Assembly: GCA_963575745.1 (NCBI GenBank)
Contig: CAUYUJ010000225.1
Span: 868,001 to 932,000, forward strand
DNA: 64,000 bases
Reading direction: 5' to 3'
Source of the DNA: Prorocentrum cordatum
Taxonomy: Eukaryota
The position numbers and the translations under genes are program-made. The notes beneath the pieces are model-generated. The model did no database searches and was not told the DNA's origin. It saw only the letters and a list, made by a program, of their open reading frames with translations. Positions 55,200 to 64,000 of this stretch are shown piece by piece (within the stretch, counting starts at the first letter, position 1; each line of letters starts with the position of its first letter).

Positions 55200-56788
55200 T
55201 CGTAAGTACGCGGCTCGCAAGACTGCCCGGTGTGAAACATGATCGACCCACGAACCAGGAAAGGAATATAGAAATGTAACGCATGGCAGCGTTTTCAAAG
55301 ACACCTGATTGGGTGACGGGCACATGCAATGCTGAGTGTATCGATCTTGATGTACCCTGCCGAGGGCTGTGCTGTGCTGCGCCGTGCTGAATTGCGATGT
55401 GCCATGCCGCGATTGTGCTCTGTATATAGCGTCGTGGATCGAGTCCTCCTTTGCATCCGAGTCCTGACCGAACTGATCTGGATCTTAAGCTCGAGCTGCC
55501 TGAACACATAGTAGCTGCCCCAGAGCTAATTGACAAGGGGACGTGCCAGGAGGACGCGCCGCGAAACGTCTCAAGGGACGCGCCAGGCGACGTGCCAGGG
55601 GACGTGCCATGGGGTCGCACCGCGGGACGTGCCAAGGAGACGCGCTACGGAACGTGCCAATGGATGTGCCACGGGATGTGCCAGGGGACGCGCCACGCGA
55701 CGTGCGAGGGGGACTCGCCAAGGGACGCCCCACGGAACGTGCCAAGGAACGTGCCAAATTGCAATGCTGAGTGTATCGATCTTGATGTACCCTGCCGAGG
55801 GCTGTGCTGTGCTGCGCCCTGCTGAATTGCGACGTGCCACGCCGAGATTGTGCTCTATAGCGTCGTGGATCGAGTCCTCCTTTGCATCCGAGTCCTGACC
55901 GAACTGATATGGATCTTAAGCTCGAGCTGCCTGAATACATAGTAGCTGCCCCAGAGCTAATTGACAAAAGGACGTGCCAGGAGGACGCGCCGCGGAACGT
56001 CTCAATGGACGCGCCAGGCGACGTGCCAGGGGACGTGCCATGGGGACGCACCGCGGGACGTGCCAAGGGGACGCGCTACGGAACGTGCTGGGGACAAGCG
56101 TTTCGCTCGAGACATCCTGTCAAAGTTCTCATGCTAGACATCCGCCTGAACGACCTGGACACGAGAAAACAAACGCTTCGCTCAACACATCCTCAACACA
56201 TTCTCATGCTAGACATCCGCCTGGGCGACCTGGACACGTGAAAACAAGTGGTTCGCTCGAGACATCATCAACACACCTTCATGTGAAACGTCCGCCTGGG
56301 TGACGTGGGCACGTGAAAACAAGCGTTTCGCTCGAGACGTTTTCAACACCTCCGCATTCTAGACATCCGCCTGGGCGACCTGTACACGTGAAAGCAAACG
56401 TATCGCTCGAGACATCATCAACGCATCCTCTTGTTAGAGATCCGCCTGGGCGACCTGGACACGTGAAACCAAGACACGTGGAAACAAGCGTATCTCTCGA
56501 GACATTCTCAACACATCCTCATGCTAGGCATCCGCCTGGGCAACCTGGACACGCGCGAACAAGCGTCTCGCTCGAGACTTCCTCAACACATCTTCATGCT
56601 AGACATCCGCCTGGGCGACGAAGGCGCGTGAAACCACGCGTCTCGCTGGAGACGTCCTCAACAAATCCTGGCGCTAGACCTCTGCCAGGGCAACCTGGAG
56701 GCGTGAAACCAAGCGTCTCGCTCGAGACATCCTCAATACCTGGGCACGTCGCTCGTACAAATGGGCGCCACAAGGGTCTCGAGAGAGC

Positions 56789-59700
56789 CTACAGCGCACG
56801 AGGTGCATCGACGAGCGCCATCGCTGCCAGTCGAATGTGAAAGGGGATACGTGCTCATCCCAACCTCCGCTGGGCGAGACCGAACACGCATGGAATTGTA
56901 ACAAGGAGAAGCAAGAACCATCGACCCCACTTGCACGATGGTCGGCGCCCCGTCCAGCCCGAGTCTGGCCGCGACGCTCTCCGAAGCGCCCGCAAGACCA
57001 GCGACGCTCCGCGACCAAAGAATAGGGCATCGAAGGTAATGAGCGAAGGTGTCGCGCTGATGCGCGCACCCGCACTCGACAAGACAGTCACTCATACCCG
57101 CATGGACGCGCAGCCTCGCGGAGGTGAGCCAGCCCCCACAAAGAATCTTTACAACCGCCGACTGCCACGCGGGAGAGAGGGGCTCCAGCAGGGCTCAGAG
57201 CGGAGGCCATGGGGTCCCTCGGATGAGGGGCCAATCACGTCTGGAGCCGCCCCTCGATGGCGAGGTGGAAAGAATCGGGAAAAAGAGCAGCACGGAGCGA
57301 GGAGGCAAGAACACGCTGAAGCTTGAATCGCGAGTGACTGGCGACGGCGGCGGCGCGAGCCTCATTCACTTTTAGACGTGCCTGCGTCGCAGGACCATGC
57401 AGCACACTGTCCACTGGCTGCGCCCCAGGTGGTGGGCGGCGGGCGAAGTCGTGAGCGGCCCTGTCCAGCTACTGAACCGTGGGCCGCAGCTTCCAGAACG
57501 GCGGAGATAGCCACCCCCGTCCAACGTCGAGCAGCGAGCCGTGGGAGCACGCCTCTTCTTGTAACCATCCAATAAGGAATCGCCAGTTAGTCACCGTTTC
57601 CTCCGCCGACCTCATTCATGAGTATAGCCGTGCCACGCGGCATCATAGACATGGGGCGGATGTGCGACCAGTTGGCTAGCGAGAAGATGTCGGCACGAGA
57701 CAAACATTGCGGCGGCAGATGCCACACCTTATGCAGCGCTCAAGACTCCCGCGCCAATGAGACCTTAGGCGTAGGATACTGTTGTTGTAAATGCCCCATG
57801 ACTGGCAACACGTACATGTTATAGATGTCAGTGGCTGTGGACACTGGAGCACCCGACTTGGCGAGCTCCAGCACACGCAACGACCACTTCGCAGCCACCT
57901 TGCGCCAGATACTGCGCTCGTCCGCCGCGGGGCCCACCTGCGCACCCAAGTATCCCCCAGAGTCAGCGATCTTCATGGACGCCCATGGAGGCACGTGCTC
58001 CATAAGCCATTGACGAGTCTCCTTTTCCATCACCGAAGAAAATTCACCCTCAAGCGGAATGATGACGCACTTGCGAAATTTGAGCCCGAGGCCCCCGAGG
58101 GCGTCTGCAGCACGGAAGACACGAAACATATCCTTCAAAAGAGAACGGCGTTGCAGCGTCGCCCCAACATCGTCGGCACAAACACCGACCGCCGAGCGGC
58201 CACATGAGTGAAGCAGAACCTGCATCGCCTGCACGAAAGGGTTCATCGCGATAGCCCAGAGCGCCCCACTGGATGGGCACCCCTGAGCCCAGCAAAAAGA
58301 AATGCACAAGACGTGCTGCTGCAAGCCAGCGGCCTGCACGCATGCCGTCGGCAACCATTGCAGCGAGGCGAGCAACGCGAAGATGCCATCCTCAACCCCC
58401 GCGCGCGAGAGCGACTTGAGAAGCCAGTCGTTCTCCAGGGACGGAAAGGCGCCCCCAAAGTCGTGCAACGCCATAACAGGATGCGCATCTTTACGCTGGA
58501 AGCCACATGCCCCCGCAACTGTGTCCAACAATGTGATATTGTTAAGAAAGTTTCTGCCGACCAGGAAGCCCCTCTGAGCCGCGGGAGAGGTCGCCGCCGC
58601 CGTCCGTGTGAGCTTCATGTTGAAAGCACTCGCCACAAGTTTACAATCAGATTTTTTCAGCGCCAACGCTCTCGTAGTAGATGCCGACCTGAAGGCCCCA
58701 GCGGCGTCGCCCGGGTCCTCCCCCCCCTTTGGTAAGAAAGCCATGAGATGCTCATTCCAGTCCGTCGGCGGTGGAAGACCAGCAGCCAGCTCGACGGCGA
58801 TCTCCTCCAGCGACTGCATGCCCAATGACGACCTGCGCCACGCCTCATACGGTAACCCGTCGGGCCCAGGAGCCGATGGCCGAGCACGACGAGCCGCCTC
58901 CATAAGTCGAGCAGCCGCCGGGGGGAGCACCTCGGAGAAATCAAACTGGGTGCCAAACTTCTCAAGATACTTATCCGAAAGCTGCGCCCAGTTGGAGCAC
59001 CTCGGCTTGTGCTGAAACACGGGGCCCCAGTGGCGACGCAGCTCTGTGACCATGTCTTTCTGCGAGTCCACCACTTCACCATCGCCAGGGAGACGGATAC
59101 CTTGAAGCTTGAGCGCCCGAGCAAAGGGAGTCCACAGCGATGCCCTCCTGCGCAGGGCACGACGTTGTGCATTAATGAATGAGAAGGAAGCTGCATCGGG
59201 TTTAGCACGAGCCTCACGCTGTGCGAGCGCCGCCTCCCGCTCCTCTGAGAAGGCCTGCTGCTCGAGAGTGACAGCACGAGCAAAAGCGATGGTGTCACGT
59301 AGCTCCACTAAGTCCCCAACCACACACACATGCTCGCGAGCAAGAGCCGATGAAGACAGGAGACGCCTCGCAAGTCGCGAATCATCTCTCCACACCGCAC
59401 GAGCCATAGAGCGAAAGACCATTAGTCTCGCTTCCGTCGACTGAGGGTTGCGAACCAATCGAGAACGCACCATCCGAGCGGCCTCCTTCATTATATTCTC
59501 AGTGACCCTCCGCTTGGACGCCGAGGTGAGAGAGTGCCAGTCCACTTCCGACGCCATATTCTTGATGAGCCGAGCATAGTCGGGATCCTGAAAGATAAAC
59601 GATGGAATACGCTGAGTGTCTGGACGCGGCGCCGGCCGCGGCGCCAGAGTAAGCAAGACAGGGGAGTGATCGCTGATGCCCTTCTCGAAGAGAAACCCGG

Positions 59701-60505
59701 GAAAGTCTGGAGTAGAGACCGACATAGTCCATTGAATGGCTTCCCAGCTCTGAGACGATACAAAGACACGGTCAATGTGCGTCAACTTCGGTTGTTGCCC
59801 CTCCTGCGCGACGTAGCGGGTGGGCATCTCATTGTCCACTTCGAGGAGCAAAGCAAATATACGTTTCCATTCAGCTTCAGCCACATGCGGCGCAACGTCC
59901 GAGACAGGCCTGCGACGGTCGATCTCGGGAGCGCGCGGATACATAGGCAGAGCAGCGTAGATATTGAAGTCCCCCAAGAAAATGATAGAAATCCTGTCGG
60001 GCGCCGCGTTTGCGGGCGCCGCGTCTCGAGCGACCCTCTGCCGAAGCGATTGCACCTGTTGTCTCGATATGTTATAATTGTGAACATTGTAAATAACCGT
60101 GGACGCCACAGGACAAGAGTCGTGACTGAAACTAGAAATGCGAAGCCTCTGAATCCTTCCTGGCACCAGCTCCTCATGCCAGAACCTTGCCCGCTGATGG
60201 GCTCCACTCTGAGAACATGGAATGATAATCGACACACCACCAGTATGTCGCTGCGTGCCAACAGAAGAGAAAGCAATATGTAGGATGTGGAGCTTGAACA
60301 TGTCCTGCTGAAGCTCCACCTCCGTAGCGCGGACCTCTTACAGTGCCATGATCGTGCCCCTCGAGAGAAACTGAGACAAGTACTTAATGGTGTGCTGACG
60401 TGTGTGCAGGTCGTGATGCAACAAAGCTCGAGTGTTCCACGTTGCGAACGAAAGCGGGGCCTTCAGCTCACTGGGCGCCTTCCACGGGGCAAAGCGGCGG
60501 CTAAA
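56789..60505 (-). pseudogene. Element B ORF2: APE endonuclease + reverse transcriptase + CCHC; nonsense codons at 60338-60340 and 57740-57742 plus distal frameshifts
   Basis: ATWNTRAL, IMAL*EV (probable LQE with CAA>TAA), GGVSII, YNVHNY, LGDFNI, THIDRVF, ISDHSPV; SAPGPDGLPY, QRGFLVGRNF, HDFGGAFPS, AQGCPSSG, VCADDVG, GYLGAQVG; CLVECGC..DTFAHYLRC. Probable stop TAG at 56789-56791. Confidence 0.92.
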
Positions 60506-61715
60506 GACTCCACGCGACCTTCTCGGATTCACCGAAGAGGCTGTTGAAGGCAGCGACCATGGCATCCTTGTCTAAACCAGCATCATTGATAAGACGATAA
60601 TTCCACTCCAGGGAAGACGCCTGCGTGGGGTCATCTGGGACGAGGATGCGGACGGCTGGGGTCGACGCCCGATATACAACTCCCTGAGATCGGTCGGCCC
60701 GCCATCGACCAGGAAGGTTGGTGCTCTTGACGAGCTCGAAAAGCTTTTTGCACTGAACCTCGCGGCGGATATGTTGCCCGTTCTTGTCTGGACTGATGAA
60801 GAGCTCATGCGCCTGCGACTCGGCATCGCGGGCCTCGAACCTGCGCCATCCTCCACCGCCTGGCAGCTTGAGTGCCTTGTGAGCGTGGACAACATGCTTC
60901 GAAGCCAGCCCAGGCGCACCTTTGAACGCGACCACAAATCGCCGAGAAGGAGAATCACCCACAACATGCCACTGATCATCCTTGAAGCCAGCGGCCTCCA
61001 GCCAGGGAAGAACAGCCTCTTTGACACTGGAAGCAGAGACCGCAGCCTTAGCAGAAGCCACGAAGCAGGTGCGACTAGGCTCCCGCGTGAAGCCCGCGAC
61101 GTCGGCGTAGTCCGACTGCGGGGCGGCCTGCTCACAAAGATGGAGAGTGTGCCTGAGACGATCCATTTCGGCTGCCATTTTGTGATGAGCCTGCTCCAGC
61201 GACGTTTGCCTCTGGTTGAGCTCCCGATGACGAAGGGCAGTCTCCTCGTGCTTGGCCTCCTGCTGCGCCGCAAACTTGCGAAGCGCCGAAGCCGTTTTGT
61301 CCGCCAGCTGGGTGGCCAGAGCAGACGTAGTGTTATTGACAGAGGAAAGGAAATCAACCTTGAAATCCGCCACCAAAGCTTCCAACTCGAACCCGCACAC
61401 GAATGCGTTGGGGTCGAGGGCGACTGGGGTGGCGGTGCCGCCAGTGTTGTTGTCGGTCTCGCCAGGCTTGTTAGTAGCATCCCACGGGTCGCAGGCCTGC
61501 AAGGGATCGACAGGACCTGCAGCCCCAAGACCATCCACCAGCACGTCGGCGTCACTGCCGTCCTCGTCACGGGTCTTGGTGCGCTTGCCCTCAGGGGTGT
61601 CCGTAGGAGACCTTTCACTGGCTGCAGCAGGGGCCCGTTGCGGGCGTCTGGACTTGCGACGGGCAACCCTCTGAGAGCCAGCAGGCTGAGAAGCAGCAAC
61701 AGAATTGGAAGCCAT
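60501..61715 (-). CDS. Element B ORF1, intact 404 aa (basic N-terminus, coiled coil, L1-ORF1p-like RNA-binding region)
   Basis: Open from ATG 61715 to TAG 60501-60503. Lies 5' of the APE-RT ORF, has a heptad-rich middle and is homologous to element A ORF1. Domain identity is inference. Confidence 0.85.
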   Translation of the reverse strand: MASNSVAASQPAGSQRVARRKSRRPQRAPAAASERSPTDTPEGKRTKTRDEDGSDADVLVDGLGAAGPVDPLQACDPWDATNKPGETDNNTGGTATPVALDPNAFVCGFELEALVADFKVDFLSSVNNTTSALATQLADKTASALRKFAAQQEAKHEETALRHRELNQRQTSLEQAHHKMAAEMDRLRHTLHLCEQAAPQSDYADVAGFTREPSRTCFVASAKAAVSASSVKEAVLPWLEAAGFKDDQWHVVGDSPSRRFVVAFKGAPGLASKHVVHAHKALKLPGGGGWRRFEARDAESQAHELFISPDKNGQHIRREVQCKKLFELVKSTNLPGRWRADRSQGVVYRASTPAVRILVPDDPTQASSLEWNYRLINDAGLDKDAMVAAFNSLFGESEKVAWSL

Positions 61716-61882
61716 GACTGCGGGTACAGGGTGCACAGGGAACGAGACGTGACTGACAAGTCAGGAGGCGCTGGCCTCAGCACAGTCGTTAGATATGAGA
61801 TAGCAGCTACGCCCGTGAGAGGCGCACGTGAGATACCGTGGGCCGCGCCTCCCACGGACAAGTCTGAGCGAAACACTTCGGA

Positions 61883-61918
61883 CTTGAGCCAAAATGGCTT
61901 GAGCCAAAATGGCTACGG
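61883..61918 (-). other. Tandem DinoSL (61898-61918) + relict SL (61883-61897) at the 5' end of element B
   Basis: Minus strand CCGTAGCCATTTTGGCTCAAG-CCATTTTGGCTCAAG, exact matches; abuts the TSD. Confidence 0.97.
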
Positions 61919-62259
61919 CTCAATACCTGGGCACGTGAAAACAAGCATTTCACTTGAGAGATCCTCTGAACTCTGGTCCCCAGGAGAGGACAATCTATAA
62001 GACAAAACAAGCGTTTCGCTCGAGACATCCTCAACAAATTCTGAAAAACAAGCGTTTCGCTAGAGACATCCTCAATTTTTAATTCCCCAGCCCTACGCGA
62101 CCTCGTTATTTATCGCAAAAGAAATTCGCCGGCCCATCAGCCGTCAAAACCGGGGGTAAACCTCTAAAAGAGAACCCTGGGCCTGTGCCCTTTCCGGGAA
62201 AAAGCGGCAACGGACTTGTCGGCCCGCCAGGGTGCACGGCGCGCGCCCTCTTCCTTGCG

Positions 62260-62852
62260 GAGGAGGGAGGGAGGGAGGAGGGAGGAGGGAGGGAGGGAGG
62301 AGGGGAGGAGGGAGGACAGAGGAGGAGGGGGGAGGGAGGAGGGAGGAGGGAGGAGGGAGGGAGGGAGGAGGGAGGGAGGGAGGAAGGAGGAGGAGGCAGG
62401 AGGGCGGAAGGGAGGGGAGGGAAGGAGGGAGGGAGGAGGAGGCAGGAGGAGGAGGAGGAGAGGAGGAGGAGGAGGAGAGAGGAGGAGGAGAGGAGGAGGA
62501 GGAGGAGGAGGAGGAGGAGGAGGAGGAGAGGAGGAGGAGGAGGAGGAGGAGGAGGAGGAGGAGGAGGGAGAGGAGGAGGAGGAGGAGGAGGAGGAGGAGG
62601 AAGAAGAGGCGGAGGAGGAGGAGGGAGGAGGAGGAGGAGGAGGAGGAGAAGGAGAAGGAGGAGCAGGAGGAGGAGGAGGAGGAGGAGGAGGAGGAGGAGG
62701 GGAGGAGGAGGAGGAGGAGGAGGAAGAAGGAAGGAGGGAGGAGGAGGAGGGAGGAGGAGGAGGAGGAGGAGGAGGAGAAGGAGGAGGGGAGGAGGAGGAG
62801 GAGGATGGGGAGGAGGGAGGGGAGGGAGAAGGAGGGAGGAGGGAGGAGGAGG
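62260..62852. repeat. (GGA/GGGA)n purine microsatellite
   Basis: Visible run; similar tracts at ~45920-46500, ~52180-52390 and ~63815-64000. Confidence 0.95.
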
Positions 62853-63353
62853 ACCCCGAGCGCTTCGGGAACGTCTTCGGCCCTCGCCGGCCTGCCCTCA
62901 CGCTCGGGGGCTCGACGCCCCGCTCCCCGGGCGCCGCGTCCGGGCGGCGCGCTGCGGGCCGAGCGCCCGTCGACGCGGCCGCCGGGCGCCGCCGCCCTCA
63001 CGGAGCCCCTGCCGGCCGCCGCGGAGGAGCTCCGGCGGGACGGGGCCATGCGCACGGGAACGAACAACGACACAAACCCAGATCGGGCGTTGGCAGAACT
63101 GGGTGTAGTGGGACCTGTCTTAGTGATGTGTGCTGGGGAAGGCCCACCCCCCCCCCCCGCCCAAGTCCACTGACCGGAACTGCCGCCACCCGAGAAACGC
63201 CAGCTACGGCAGACCTGGTTTAGGGATTCCAGTCCATATTTTGGGCTTCGGGGCCCAATCACTAACCGGCTCCCATTAACCGGGGTCGAGCGGGGGGGCG
63301 TCTCCCCGGCCGGCGGCCTCCTTCTCCAGCGGGGGGGGAGGGCGCGGCGTTCC

Positions 63354-63412
63354 GACGCCGCCGCCGACGAGAACGACGACGACGCCGACGACGACGCCGA
63401 CGCCGACGCCGA

Positions 63413-63450
<38 letters not shown>

Positions 63451-63473
63451 CCGACGACGACGACGCCGACGCC
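63354..63473. repeat. (GACGCC)n / (GAC)n simple repeat
   Basis: cgacgccgacgccgacg run. Confidence 0.9.
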
Positions 63474-64000
63474 CCCTGGCGCTGAGGCCCCCGATCCGAG
63501 GAGTCCGCGCGGACCTCCGAAAGTTGCTGTTCGTGTCGTGGTTTGCTCCCTGGATGCGGGCCAGGGCGCCGCCGCCGAGCGCGGCCCAGCCCCTGGGCCG
63601 CTGGAGCCCGAGCGGCTCCTGCGCGGCCTCCTGCGGGGCTTCTGGCCCGCCCGCGGCCAGCTGGGCCGATGGGGGTCGTGGGTGGAGCTTGGCACGGGGC
63701 ACGGAGCGAGCGCGAGGGATGCGCCGATTGTGGGCGCGGCGCCTCCGTGCGGACGCCAACGCGGGGGCCGTCGGTGGAGCTCCTCGTGGGGCACGAGGCG
63801 TGCGCTGGGTTCGCCTCCTCCTCCTCCTCCTCCTCCTCCTCCTCCTCCTTCTCCTCCTCCTCCTCCTCGTCTCCGGTTCGCCTCCTCCCTCTCCTCCTCC
63901 TCCTCCTCCTCTCCTCTCCTCCTCCTCCTCCTCCTCCTCCTCCACCTCCTTCCTCCTCCTTCCTCTCCTCCTCTCCTCTCCTCCTCTTCCTCCTCCTCCT

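Larger units (their letters stand above)
56750..61918 (-). mobile_element. Full-length non-LTR retrotransposon B (ORF1 + APE-RT-CCHC ORF2), with DinoSL + relict SL at its 5' end
   Basis: 18-bp TSD ctcaatacctgggcacgt at 56732-56749 and 61919-61936. Both copies carry the variant aatacc where other host units read aagacc, which supports a true TSD. Confidence 0.95.
55236..62202. mobile_element. HINE-like composite copy interrupted by retrotransposon B
   Basis: Left end aacatgatcgacccacgaaccagg at ~55236, 75-bp array to 56749, resumes at 61919 and ends gccctttccgggaaaaa at ~62202. Confidence 0.7.

Noticed and set aside
58205..58275. RT catalytic region divergence (CADD at ~58170-58181 instead of YADD) as a new enzyme class
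   Set aside because: The first position of the motif varies among non-LTR RTs and both copies are decayed, so it cannot be interpreted without a family consensus.
60771..62000. 409-aa plus-strand ORF and 434-aa alternative-frame ORF over element B ORF1
   Set aside because: Shadow ORFs of a GC-rich coding region with no recognisable motifs.

Overview
Repeat-dominated, GC-rich eukaryotic DNA, almost certainly from a dinoflagellate nuclear genome. The basis is two genomic matches to the dinoflagellate spliced leader DCCGTAGCCATTTTGGCTCAAG, (TTTAGGG)n telomere-type repeats and a predicted GA-AG intron. Most ORFs in the supplied track are artefacts of microsatellites and minisatellites. The real coding content is two full-length, divergent, decayed non-LTR (APE-endonuclease + RT) retrotransposons on the minus strand (46502-52174 and 56750-61918) and one three-exon cyclin-like gene (34443-37256, minus). 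The main finding is that both retrotransposons share an unusual design. Each begins exactly with a DinoSL inside its target-site duplication (one has a full SL plus a relict SL). Each has CTT-TAG-C at the ORF1 end with ORF2 continuing in the +1 frame, a prfB-like +1 frameshift candidate. Each ends ~40 nt after the ORF2 stop with a shared motif and no poly(A). Other notable items: both cyclin-like introns look like TIR insertions with 2-bp TSDs (introner-like); a 9.45-kb TIR element with a 9-bp TSD is built almost entirely from simple repeats; a Helentron/HINE-like composite repeat forms head-to-tail arrays; and a 1.4-kb insert is bounded by telomere repeats. Coordinates were counted by hand, and no database searches were run.
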